IMG/VR virus record: IMGVR_UViG_3300036766_000889
Strand: one strand, 5' to 3'
DNA length: 64,000 bases
DNA from: a virus
In this document: one piece after another, positions 1 through 8,964 of the stretch
Layout of the letters: each line of letters starts with the position of its first letter
Position numbering within the stretch: the stretch's first letter is position 1
Translations under genes and position numbers: made by a program
Notes under the pieces: generated by a model
What the model was told of the DNA's origin: nothing
Databases searched by the model: none
What the model saw: the letters and a program-made list of their open reading frames with translations, nothing else

Positions 1-340
1 CCGAGCAGTTCACCCGTACCAATTCGTTCAGCGCCGCCGCAATCACCCCCGACTGAACCGCTGTCTGGACATACGGCAGAGTCTTGCGACGCCATACAGC
101 CGCCGTGGGCGTTGTGGCTTCAAGGGCATAGTTGGCAGCGGGCGGTGGAGACAACGATACATCTACCGAGGCTCCCGTGGTGTCCAGGGCTGTGGCCGTA
201 CCTACGCCCGAAGGCGTCACGTTGTTGGCCGAGTCCTTGGTCTTGAGGATGCCGTCCAAGTCCACGAACAGCTTCAACTGGTCCGCTGCCGGGACTGGTA
301 CGCTAACGGCGGACTGCTTCTTGAGTGTCGATGTACCCAT
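1..340 (-). CDS. tail fibre/appendage-associated protein, partial (runs off left edge)
   Basis: Not in ORF track. ATG at 340 with AGGAG upstream; translates MGTSTLKKQSAVSVPVPAADQLKLFVDLDGILKTKDSANNV..., similar to the N-terminus of 4701..5156. Confidence 0.65.
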   Translation of the reverse strand, partial: MGTSTLKKQSAVSVPVPAADQLKLFVDLDGILKTKDSANNVTPSGVGTATALDTTGASVDVSLSPPPAANYALEATTPTAAVWRRKTLPYVQTAVQSGVIAAALNELVRVNCS

Positions 341-364
341 GTTCTATCTCCTGCTTTCTCTAGC

Positions 365-574
365 TCAAAGGCTTTCCGCTGCCTTGATGTCTGTGATGCA
401 ATCTGCGACCACGGCTGACGTAGCCACGGTGAAGTCGGGAGCGGGTTCTTCATGGAGCTTAGTCGGCTCCTGCATGTCCGCGTTCACGACCATGTAGTCG
501 CTGATGCAAAACGAGGGGCCGGTAGCGGATCCAATGATCACGACCATTGTTGGATTCTGTAGTTCGCGTGCCAT
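365..574 (-). CDS. small hypothetical protein in structural operon
   Basis: TGATG stop/start overlap with upstream gene at 574. Confidence 0.6.
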   Translation of the reverse strand: MARELQNPTMVVIIGSATGPSFCISDYMVVNADMQEPTKLHEEPAPDFTVATSAVVADCITDIKAAESL

Positions 575-813
575 CAGACGATCCCTTCTGCGGCATTGAT
601 CGCCGTAACCATGTCAGTCCAGAACTCGCCCGCCGTACCGGCAGCGTGCATGACCTTGGCGAAGTCAGGATCTACAAGCTGAAGCCTGCCTACCTTGAAG
701 GCCAGGCCGTCCTCGACTCGGTAGTCAACATAAGCGGACTGCGGCACGCCGTCCGTGTCGGTGACGATGTGGAGCCGCATCGTGTGCGGCAGTGCTGAGA
801 GTGCTTTAGCCAT
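574..813 (-). CDS. small hypothetical protein in structural operon
   Basis: TAATG stop/start overlap at 813. Confidence 0.6.
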   Translation of the reverse strand: MAKALSALPHTMRLHIVTDTDGVPQSAYVDYRVEDGLAFKVGRLQLVDPDFAKVMHAAGTAGEFWTDMVTAINAAEGIV

Positions 814-2087
814 TATCCATGCTCCGTGATGTTACCGACCACACGCCATTGAACCGTGTCTGTGCCGTCGCCTGTGACTTTCATCTGGATGGTTGTTCCA
901 CTGATCGTGAAGGTCACGTCCCAGGCGGCGTTATCCTCGATGGTAGCCAGGAAAGCCGTCGCACCCTTCTGCACGACCGTACCCGCGCCGTCACGATGAA
1001 ACAGGGCAGCTATATCGTATAACGCGGCTCGACCGGGAGTACCCACAGTCTCAAGCGCCTCGACCTGGACCTTGTAGGCGATCACCCGGTTAGCGAGGTT
1101 CGTTTGGTGCGTATGGATGATCGTAGCCACCGCGTCCGTAGTCGTGACGCCACGATCAACGCGACCGGAGGGAACGGCTGGCGTGACCAACCAGCGCGAA
1201 ATAGACGAGTAGTACCGCAGCAACACCACCGTACCAGGCGTCTGCACGTAGTCTGAAAAGTCCGTAGACGGCGCAGCGCCTTCGTGGCGAATGCGAGAGT
1301 TTGTCGCCGCCGCGCCCGTATCCTCGTTTTTCCAAATGATATTTTTGTACGTTCCGCTGCCGTTCAGACCTGTATCGTTATACACGAGCTTGTCGTGCCG
1401 CTGATCTTGACTCGTCGGGCTTACATAAACGCCACGCAAGATAAGGTCGCTCGCGCCCTGCCATCGAACACCGTGGGCGCGCGACCAAGAAGTGAATATC
1501 CCAGACTGCCACCAAGTTTGGACTCCTACATCGGTATTGAAAAGAGCGCCGCCGCCATCACCATACAGGTTGTGCGCCTGCATCCACGGGGGGAGTTCCT
1601 GTAAATTGGAACCCTCTACCCGGCCAAGCGTACTAAACGCACTAGTGTTCAACCGAGCCCTTGCCGGGTACCCAGAGCTATCACTAACGGGCACGGCATA
1701 AGTAAATGGGTAGCCATACAGGAGGGACGACACCGAAGTATCTATCGACTCCCAATCCCCACTCGCAGTGCTGTACCTGAAAGCCAAATCCAAGTTCCCT
1801 GTAGCGAACGTGAAGGTAAACGACTGTGTTCCGGCCAGCATTTGCAAACTGGGACCGTTCCCGAATACGGTAGTGCTCCCGGTGCCGAGCCCGACTCCGC
1901 ATACGGCAACAATATCGCCGTCCGCTGGCCCGATGGGCATGGTCACCGTGACGTAGGCCACGCTATCGATAAAGTAGCGGGTTCCGGCTACCGCCGTGAA
2001 ATTGACAGTCCTAACCGTTGTGTCGTCACGGGGTATTCCAGAGCGAGGCGACGGAAAAAAAGCAAACTGGTTATACCGTACAGCCAT
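813..2087 (-). CDS. tail fibre/receptor-binding-like protein, paralogue 1
   Basis: Start moved to ATG 2087 (TGATG overlap). NFTAVAGTRYF..MPIGPADGDIV fibre-type repeat; C-terminal domain ending QWRVVGNITEHG. Confidence 0.7.
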   Translation of the reverse strand: MAVRYNQFAFFPSPRSGIPRDDTTVRTVNFTAVAGTRYFIDSVAYVTVTMPIGPADGDIVAVCGVGLGTGSTTVFGNGPSLQMLAGTQSFTFTFATGNLDLAFRYSTASGDWESIDTSVSSLLYGYPFTYAVPVSDSSGYPARARLNTSAFSTLGRVEGSNLQELPPWMQAHNLYGDGGGALFNTDVGVQTWWQSGIFTSWSRAHGVRWQGASDLILRGVYVSPTSQDQRHDKLVYNDTGLNGSGTYKNIIWKNEDTGAAATNSRIRHEGAAPSTDFSDYVQTPGTVVLLRYYSSISRWLVTPAVPSGRVDRGVTTTDAVATIIHTHQTNLANRVIAYKVQVEALETVGTPGRAALYDIAALFHRDGAGTVVQKGATAFLATIEDNAAWDVTFTISGTTIQMKVTGDGTDTVQWRVVGNITEHG

Positions 2088-3565
2088 CAGCCATGCTCCG
2101 TGATATTGCCTGTGACACGCCACTGGATCGTATCCACTGCGTCACCTACGACGTTCATCCGAATGTCCGACCCGCTGATCGTGAACGTGACATCCCAGGC
2201 AGCCGCGCCTGCGTCTTTGTAAGGGCCGTTGATGAAAACCACGTCCTTGACAACGACTGTCCCAGCCGTATTGCGATAGAACAACGCAGCAATATCGAAC
2301 AGCGCGGCGTCTCCAACGGTAGTGCCAACTGTTTTGATAGCCTGTACTCGGACCTTGTAAGCGTATATCCGCTCTGTGGAAGTAGGGGATACCGTGGCCG
2401 AGGTGGTGTACGTGTGAAGCAAGGTCGGAGCAACAGCCGTCGTCTGAACTTTGGCGTCTACGGTCAGGCCGCCATTTCTGACAGGAGCAAGCACAAGCCA
2501 AGCCGACCAATTCGGATTCCATACCAGCCGAACAAATTCCCCAGGTGCGACGCGGTACTTGTACCCAGAATCGGCTGCAAACCCGCTGGCCCCCGTGATG
2601 TATAAGGATTCGGAACCTCCAAGCGGTGCCCCCGAGTCGATGTGGTTGAGCGTCAACACCCGATTCGTGGTGGAGTTCCACAAAATCTTGTCTTGCCTAA
2701 AATCTGAGCTTGTGGGGGAGGCTTTCAGACTTCGCACGACGAGATCGGCTGCTCCGTCCCATTGCACCAGCATCGCTCGGTACCAAGGAGTGGCGCTTCC
2801 AGGCGTCCATTGCGCGACGGTTCCCGTCTGAGTGTCGTAAACGGAGTTGTCCGAATAGTTGCCGAACAAATTGTGCGCCTGCATCCACGGACGCAATTCG
2901 GTAAGACTAGATCCTGCAATTCTGCCAAAGACTGAGTCCCCATTGACAAGTGTTTGTCCACTCAGTGGTCCTGACCCAACACGACCAAGCAATGAATCAG
3001 AACCCAACTGAATTCTTGTCGGGAACCCAGAGCTGTCACTACCCACCACGGCGTTGCTTGTTGCGTTATACAAGAGGGACGACACCGAAGTATCTATCGA
3101 CTCCCACCTCCCGGTCGCGGTGGTGTACCTGAAGGCCAGATCCAAATTTCGCGCACGGAAGCTAAAGGAAGGTGCGGCGCTCCCAGCAAACTGAAGATTG
3201 TTTCCGTTTCCGAGTACGCTCGGAAATGCGTTGCCAACCCCGACTCCGCACAGGACAACGATATCGCCGTCCGCTGGCCCGATGGGCATGTTCACCTGGA
3301 CGTTGGCCACGCTGCTACCGATGAAATAGCGGGTTCCAGCTACTGCCGTAAAGTTGGCATTTCGAACCGTTGGATCGTCAACGACCCCACTGGCAGGCGG
3401 GTTAGCCCAGTTAGCCGCAGACCCGCCCGTGGCCGTCATCAACTGCCCAACCGTAGGAGCCGCTGCGCTGCCGACGTTTACAGGGCCGCCGAGAGAAGCC
3501 AGTTCAGCAGCACCACCAGCAGCGGGGGAGGGCGCGGTGCCAGTCTGTAGGTATCGTCTAGCCAT
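2087..3565 (-). CDS. tail fibre/receptor-binding-like protein, paralogue 2
   Basis: Colinear with 813..2087; G/A/T/S-rich; ends QWRVTGNITEHG. Confidence 0.7.
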   Translation of the reverse strand: MARRYLQTGTAPSPAAGGAAELASLGGPVNVGSAAAPTVGQLMTATGGSAANWANPPASGVVDDPTVRNANFTAVAGTRYFIGSSVANVQVNMPIGPADGDIVVLCGVGVGNAFPSVLGNGNNLQFAGSAAPSFSFRARNLDLAFRYTTATGRWESIDTSVSSLLYNATSNAVVGSDSSGFPTRIQLGSDSLLGRVGSGPLSGQTLVNGDSVFGRIAGSSLTELRPWMQAHNLFGNYSDNSVYDTQTGTVAQWTPGSATPWYRAMLVQWDGAADLVVRSLKASPTSSDFRQDKILWNSTTNRVLTLNHIDSGAPLGGSESLYITGASGFAADSGYKYRVAPGEFVRLVWNPNWSAWLVLAPVRNGGLTVDAKVQTTAVAPTLLHTYTTSATVSPTSTERIYAYKVRVQAIKTVGTTVGDAALFDIAALFYRNTAGTVVVKDVVFINGPYKDAGAAAWDVTFTISGSDIRMNVVGDAVDTIQWRVTGNITEHG

Positions 3566-4691
3566 GTTCGCTCACTCCTCCAAACACACGCCATTCGACT
3601 GTCTGCGCCACGTCACCAACGACATCTACCGTGACGCTCTGACCCGCCACGTTGAACTGAATGTCCCAGTTCACATTGTCTTTGTAGTTCTTGACCAGCA
3701 AGTCTTCGAGAACGGTTACCGATCCACCGCCACCGCGCACGACTGTTACTTCGGCAACGAAGTGCCCGATCAGACCGTCAGTGGCATCCGCCGCGATCAC
3801 TGTGACCTTCATCGAGATGACCCGATTGTTGGCCAACGTGGCGTAGGTAGCGATCGTCGTAGGCGTAGCGTTTGTGGTCTGAACCGTGCCAGTGAGCGTG
3901 GTGTCGCCAAGCTGCGGCAATCGAGGATCAGCAGGCGGAGGTGGCGGAGGGGGCACAGGCGTGATGTCCGTGGCCTGACCATCAACGGTCAGCACACCAT
4001 CGACGACCAGGTCGTCCGAATAGAACATCTCCTCGTTCTCTTGGACGACTTTCTCGGTACCAGGCGGGATGTACAGAACTGAGTAGTTGTCCTCAGTGCG
4101 GGCTGAGATCAGGTCGCCTTCGATGAGAAGATCGCCTCCATCGACGATGACCACATCTTCCATGATGACCATCGCCGTCTTGGCTGGGATCCGCTTAGGC
4201 GAATCCACCAAGGTCAGCGCACCGCCGCCGCCGCCCGATTCCACCACCACGATATCGAGCGGTGTCGTGTTGAGCGTGACAGGGTCTGGCGTAACCAGAA
4301 CGAACTCGGTGCCGGGGACGTACTGGACGCCTTCTTCAATGGCGACACGCATCCCGCTGTTGACGAGATCGTTGGCGTTGGCGTCTCCACGACGGTTCAG
4401 GATGAAGGGCGTTCCGCCGCTTCCGAGCTGCGTGATCGTCCAGATGCCGTTATCAACACCGGCTTGAGACCCTAAACCTCCGGGTAGTCCCAATAACACA
4501 AACGAGTTTCCAACAACGGGAACGACGCCGTCTTGGGTCGGAAACGCGACGTTGGAATTGGATTGAATCGTGTTGCCAGTGCGTGTGTACGCAGGCAGTG
4601 CAACCGTGGTGGCAAACCGCGCCGATGACTTGCGGTCAACGGGGTCAGCCGAGGTCAGTTGTCTGTTGAGGAAGTCTTTATCTATGCCCAT
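3558..4691 (-). CDS. tail fibre/appendage protein, paralogue 3
   Basis: N-terminal module (ARFATT..QDGV..NGIW..RRGDAN) typical of phage fibres; poly-Pro linker; same C-terminal domain ending EWRVFGGVSEHG. Confidence 0.7.
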   Translation of the reverse strand: MGIDKDFLNRQLTSADPVDRKSSARFATTVALPAYTRTGNTIQSNSNVAFPTQDGVVPVVGNSFVLLGLPGGLGSQAGVDNGIWTITQLGSGGTPFILNRRGDANANDLVNSGMRVAIEEGVQYVPGTEFVLVTPDPVTLNTTPLDIVVVESGGGGGALTLVDSPKRIPAKTAMVIMEDVVIVDGGDLLIEGDLISARTEDNYSVLYIPPGTEKVVQENEEMFYSDDLVVDGVLTVDGQATDITPVPPPPPPPADPRLPQLGDTTLTGTVQTTNATPTTIATYATLANNRVISMKVTVIAADATDGLIGHFVAEVTVVRGGGGSVTVLEDLLVKNYKDNVNWDIQFNVAGQSVTVDVVGDVAQTVEWRVFGGVSEHG

Positions 4692-4700
4692 GGCTTGGCC

Positions 4701-5156
4701 TCAATCCACGACGAGCCAGTTGGCTCCGTCGCTTTCTAGCGTCATACGCTCACGAGGTGTGGTCAGCGACTTGGAAGGGTCACCGTTGATCGTCTCGCTG
4801 CCGTCTGGGATAATATTGACCGCTGGAGGCCCGATCATGTCGGTCAGGCTGACGACTTTTAGTTGCTGGCCTGCGAAACCGACTGCAGTCGGGAGATTGA
4901 CCATAACAATGCCAGCCGTGGGATCTACCTTCACCGTCTCGTAGATCACGGCCAGCTGAACGGCTGGGCCTATGACCGGAGCACGGTGCACCCAAACCAG
5001 AGCGCCGCCGCCCCCCAGCGTCGTGATATTCCCGATATTGTCTTTGAATTTAAATAACCCATCCGCAATATCACGGAATAACCGAACCTTGCCCGGGGCA
5101 GAAGCAACCGGAATCGAACCAGCAACCTCACTTGCGAATTGAATATTCGACGCCAT
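4701..5156 (-). CDS. tail fibre-associated protein
   Basis: VNLPTA..G..ETING..L..ESDGANW fibre-type repeat. Confidence 0.6.
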   Translation of the reverse strand: MASNIQFASEVAGSIPVASAPGKVRLFRDIADGLFKFKDNIGNITTLGGGGALVWVHRAPVIGPAVQLAVIYETVKVDPTAGIVMVNLPTAVGFAGQQLKVVSLTDMIGPPAVNIIPDGSETINGDPSKSLTTPRERMTLESDGANWLVVD

Positions 5157-5160
5157 TTAT

Positions 5161-5685
5161 TCAAATCTCCGGCAACACCAATTCGCCAATGAGGTCCAGC
5201 GTGCCTTCTAGTTCCAGACCGCCAATTACGATCATCTGTTGATTAATAGGCACTGTAACAGTCACATTAGTATCAACTTTCTTGTAGCTGAAGTTGTCCA
5301 CGGAACCTGAACTTGCTGGACCAGTAGGTCCAATTGCTCCAGGTGGACCCATCACCCCGGTCGGACCAACCGGACCAACTGTTCCTCGCGGTCCAGTCGG
5401 ACCTATGAATTGACTCCCGAGAACTGTTCCGTTCCTCACGAACCTGGCGTTGTAACTGTAGGCAGTGAACCCAGGAAGTTGGACTTGAACTTGGATCAGA
5501 GCAACGTTCGCCAGGACGTACTGGTCTTGACGAATCCCGAGTTGCGAATAGATCCGTGAGTATATCGATGGTTCCCCGAACGTAATGATCGGGTTCGGAA
5601 GAATTTGATCGGACGTTAAAACAATAGCCGCAAAGACGACGTTTGAATTGTCCGATGGAAGCTTCTGAACTCCTACCGTTATCAC
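5161..5685 (-). CDS. collagen-like (Gly-X-Y) virion appendage protein
   Basis: GPTGPRGTVGPVGPTGVMGPPGAIGPTGP; C-terminal DNFSY..QQMIV..LELEG module resembles the middle of 3558..4691. Confidence 0.65.
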   Translation of the reverse strand: MITVGVQKLPSDNSNVVFAAIVLTSDQILPNPIITFGEPSIYSRIYSQLGIRQDQYVLANVALIQVQVQLPGFTAYSYNARFVRNGTVLGSQFIGPTGPRGTVGPVGPTGVMGPPGAIGPTGPASSGSVDNFSYKKVDTNVTVTVPINQQMIVIGGLELEGTLDLIGELVLPEI

Positions 5686-5852
5686 GTTGCGTTTCTTTCC
5701 ACACGATTAGTTACCCGGTTGAACCCATTAGAAGGCGCGTAGATCCGTTCCATCTTGAACTTGACTCGATCCGCCATCCTGCTTATCGATTTCAACAAGA
5801 GGTCCAAAGACCGAGTATCCAACTAGGTAGAATCCTTGTGAAAGTCATGGGT

Positions 5853-6470
5853 ATGGATCCAGTTATGGCGTCTCAGGTTTTGCGTATTATCGCTCAGAAA
5901 ATTGACCTTAGTCGGTCAAATTCTATATCAGAAGTCACTTCTGAGCTGAAATATGTCCTTCAGTGTGTATCCAGCGAAACTCAAACATCCGCATCGGATG
6001 GCTGGATCAAAGGACTTAAAAGAAAAATTCTGAATACGAAAGAAGAGAAGAAAATTCTGGATAGGATAGATTATCTAAACTCTTTAATGAGTTTATGTGA
6101 TCCCGTCTCCAGAAAGATTCGCAATCATGAGAGCATGGTTGATATTTTCTCTGACGATGATTGCCTGAGAGTTTTAGAAAGCTCTGCTAAATTCATCGTT
6201 AATGGATCTAGTATACTAAACATGATTAAGATACGGAATATAGATATCATATCAGCTCTAGCTGACCTTGATGACCATTGGGCCGAAAATGAAGGTGACG
6301 AAGAAGAAGACCGTGGTGTTATCGTGGATTCTATTTCTGAGTTATACTCGAAATGCAAAACCCGAATCCAAAATAATCAGCGACGGCTGTCACTAATGCA
6401 AAGTAAAAAGACTCGAAGTTCATCGTACTTTCGTCATCAGGGCAACTCGTACGATTATGATGTTATCTAA
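5853..6470 (+). CDS. helical hypothetical protein with shared N-terminal leader (paralogue of 6494..7234)
   Basis: Start moved to MDPVMASQ by alignment with the paralogue; both have TCCTTGTGAAA upstream. Confidence 0.7.
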   Translation: MDPVMASQVLRIIAQKIDLSRSNSISEVTSELKYVLQCVSSETQTSASDGWIKGLKRKILNTKEEKKILDRIDYLNSLMSLCDPVSRKIRNHESMVDIFSDDDCLRVLESSAKFIVNGSSILNMIKIRNIDIISALADLDDHWAENEGDEEEDRGVIVDSISELYSKCKTRIQNNQRRLSLMQSKKTRSSSYFRHQGNSYDYDVI

Positions 6471-6493
6471 ACTCCTTGTGAAAAGAGTCGAGC

Positions 6494-7234
6494 ATGGATC
6501 CAATTACAACTTCTCAAGCGCTACGCATTATTGCTCAGAAAATTGAACTGGGCCATTCACCATCCATATCGGTTGTCGCTTCAGAGCTTGAACAGGTACT
6601 CCAGTATATAGAGTCTGGAGACGTTCGAATTGCCGGTGAAGACGTTCGAATTGCCGGTCCAATTAAATGGATGAAGGGTCTTAAAAGGAAACTTTTAAAT
6701 ACGAAGGGTACGAAAAAGATCCTCGATAGGATTGATCACATCGAGTCCTTGATGAAGTGGACCAAATCGGTTTCCAAAAAAGTACGTGGTGGTGAAGCCA
6801 TGATGGACATTGCGTCCGATGATGACTTTATCAAGGTATTGGAAGGTGTATCGAAGTTAATAAGTAGCGGTTCAGAAGAACTAGAGAACTTCGCAGATAC
6901 AGAAGCTGACGTATCTGCTATCGAAGAACTTGATGACTTCTGGTCTGAAAATGAAGAGGAAGAAGCAGGAGATCGCGAAATTATTGCAGACGCGTTAATT
7001 GAATTTCATTCGAATTGTAAAGAACGCATAACTAAGAATCAGAAATTACTTAAGAAACAAGAAGTCAACGAGAAGAGAGATTTCCAAGAGTCAAAGGGTA
7101 AGAAGAAAGACAAGAAAGACAAGAAAGATACTGAAAAGAAGCCACGCAAGAAGGAAGCCGAGCCGGAAGCCGAGCCGGAAGCCAAGCCGGAAGCCAAGCC
7201 GGAAGCCAAGCCGAAGCGGAAACGCAAGGAATAG
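6494..7234 (+). CDS. helical hypothetical protein with shared leader and Lys/Glu-rich tail
   Basis: Paralogue of 5853..6470; DVRIAG duplicated; EAEP/EAKP tail. Confidence 0.75.
   Translation: MDPITTSQALRIIAQKIELGHSPSISVVASELEQVLQYIESGDVRIAGEDVRIAGPIKWMKGLKRKLLNTKGTKKILDRIDHIESLMKWTKSVSKKVRGGEAMMDIASDDDFIKVLEGVSKLISSGSEELENFADTEADVSAIEELDDFWSENEEEEAGDREIIADALIEFHSNCKERITKNQKLLKKQEVNEKRDFQESKGKKKDKKDKKDTEKKPRKKEAEPEAEPEAKPEAKPEAKPKRKRKE
7153..7213 (+). repeat. 12-bp coding tandem repeat GAAGCC(G/A)AGCCG x5
   Basis: Read directly; encodes EAEP/EAKP. Confidence 0.85.
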
Positions 7235-7273
7235 TAACTCGAGTTAAAGATATCTGAAATAAAGAAAGTTATC

Positions 7274-7672
7274 ATGAAACCATCACAGTTAGCCGCCAAA
7301 CTTCGTCAAATTGCCACGACGATAGATAATTCGAAGCAACCTGATCGTGCATTCGTGGCACGGGATCTGAAGCGAGTCCTCGCTGGCATAGATTCTGGTT
7401 CCGGATCTTTGATAGTTCATATTCATGGTGACGGAGAAATGATAGATGTTGTGCAATCTTCTAGCATGGCTTCAACCAAACCATTCGACTCTTTGACTCT
7501 CCCTAAGGGGGATATACTTATAATTGCGAAATCACTCGATGACATCAAGTCTAATATGGATATGTCAAATGAGGCGCTTTTAGACGCGTTATTCAACCGT
7601 GGGCTAATTGAGACGGATGACGATGGTAATTATATAGGTCCCACGGAACTTGGGGTCCCTACCAAACGATAA
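7274..7672 (+). CDS. hypothetical protein with shared N-terminal leader
   Basis: MKPSQLAAKLRQIATTIDNSKQPDRAFVARDLKRVLA. Confidence 0.7.
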   Translation: MKPSQLAAKLRQIATTIDNSKQPDRAFVARDLKRVLAGIDSGSGSLIVHIHGDGEMIDVVQSSSMASTKPFDSLTLPKGDILIIAKSLDDIKSNMDMSNEALLDALFNRGLIETDDDGNYIGPTELGVPTKR

Positions 7673-7715
7673 ACCGGAATTTCGTAAATCAGGGAACGGG
7701 TATGGTATACACCAT

Positions 7716-8045
7716 ATGAAAGCCGTCCCATTTAATTACATGGTCCGTTCCGGAAGGCATTATTGCCCGAAGTGCAATATTCTCATTAATGCAAGTGACC
7801 GCCGTGTTTGTACCGGCAATTGGGTCAAGAGAGTATTCGGTTTTTGCCCGACCGGCGAACATTTCCACAGGAAATGTTATGACTGCGGCGGGAAGTGGTC
7901 TGAATCGACATTCGAGTCATCGGATGAATCAGCCACCAAAACACTACGTCGCGCCCTTGAACTTGCCGAAAAATCAGGTATCACTGAAGATACTATATCG
8001 AGTGAGTTCAGAAACATCACTGTCAAACAAGTGATGGACAGCTAG
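7716..8045 (+). CDS. Cys-rich Zn-binding hypothetical protein
   Basis: CPKC, C..CYDC; ends VKQVMDS. Confidence 0.6.
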   Translation: MKAVPFNYMVRSGRHYCPKCNILINASDRRVCTGNWVKRVFGFCPTGEHFHRKCYDCGGKWSESTFESSDESATKTLRRALELAEKSGITEDTISSEFRNITVKQVMDS

Positions 8046-8051
8046 TACGTG

Positions 8052-8089
8052 TCATCCCCATGTCCGCGATAAAGCAGACATGGGGATGA
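8052..8089. terminator. 13-bp stem hairpin between convergent genes
   Basis: TCATCCCCATGTC...GACATGGGGATGA. Confidence 0.7.
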
Positions 8090-8095
8090 AACTAT

Positions 8096-8602
8096 TCACT
8101 TCGTTGATTCAATCATTTCTCCCAGTTCCATATATCCAACAGGATCAGCAGTAAGAACGGGGGCTGGCAACGCTGCGGGGGCGTCAGTTGTGGCATTCAT
8201 AGCCGCTGACATTGATGGTGACTTCACCAAATCACGGATCTCGGTGATAATCCCGCGAACTTCGTTCACAGCTGTCATCACGTCGGCTATTACTGCAGTA
8301 AAATCCGGGTTCTTGTTCTGGGCTTCAGCCGCGACCTTTACGGCTGTTCGTACAGCACCCATTGTTTTATTAAGAACAACGATGGACCCATCGAATTTGC
8401 GTTGAAATTCTCCCTGTCTCGCACTAGGGATCAATGGTTTAAGTTGATTAAACACGACAATGGATACTTGCTCAATTGAGGCAACTGAATTGAGAACGTT
8501 GTCCGTTTGCCTTGAAGGGTCGTCCTTGAAATCTTGAAACCATGTTGGCGAACACCCGATGAGAAATCCACAAACAGCAATCAATACTAAAATGTGACGC
8601 AT
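8096..8602 (-). CDS. lipoprotein
   Basis: Signal peptide with lipobox FLIG-C; AGGAG RBS. Confidence 0.7.
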   Translation of the reverse strand: MRHILVLIAVCGFLIGCSPTWFQDFKDDPSRQTDNVLNSVASIEQVSIVVFNQLKPLIPSARQGEFQRKFDGSIVVLNKTMGAVRTAVKVAAEAQNKNPDFTAVIADVMTAVNEVRGIITEIRDLVKSPSMSAAMNATTDAPAALPAPVLTADPVGYMELGEMIESTK

Positions 8603-8671
8603 ATTATCTCCTACTGGTTATCATACTGTTGTCATACTGGTTATTCAAACACTAATGCTTAAGTCTTATAA

Positions 8672-8962
8672 ATGACTGCGAATCACGACATAAGTCCGAC
8701 TTTAGAAATTATTATGGCTCAAATAGCCAAAGAATTAGACATCATGCAAGACGAGTTACCTCCATCGATAGAGGGTATCCTGTTTAATGCCATGCTAGAC
8801 ATATGGAAAAAGGGAAACGATTCGGCTCATTCACGTAATACTGTCCCTCCACCCCGTACAAAAACAAATCCGTCTTTTCCTTCGGTGTCAGAACCGATAG
8901 ACCAAAGTGAAGAAATTACTAAGATTTTGCGACCCATAAAGAAACCCAAATCTAGAAAATAG
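8672..8962 (+). CDS. hypothetical protein
   Basis: ORF fills the gap between neighbours. Confidence 0.5.
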   Translation: MTANHDISPTLEIIMAQIAKELDIMQDELPPSIEGILFNAMLDIWKKGNDSAHSRNTVPPPRTKTNPSFPSVSEPIDQSEEITKILRPIKKPKSRK

Positions 8963-8964
8963 TA

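Noticed and set aside
813-3565. Diversity-generating retroelement TR/VR pair
   Set aside because: Differences are mostly synonymous and not adenine-specific; no reverse transcriptase in the window
132-4944. Long plus-strand ORFs in the left module
   Set aside because: Antisense shadows of GC-rich minus-strand genes that show stop/start coupling
5643-5852. N-terminal extension of ORF 5643..6470
   Set aside because: Overlaps a divergent gene; the paralogue alignment starts at 5853
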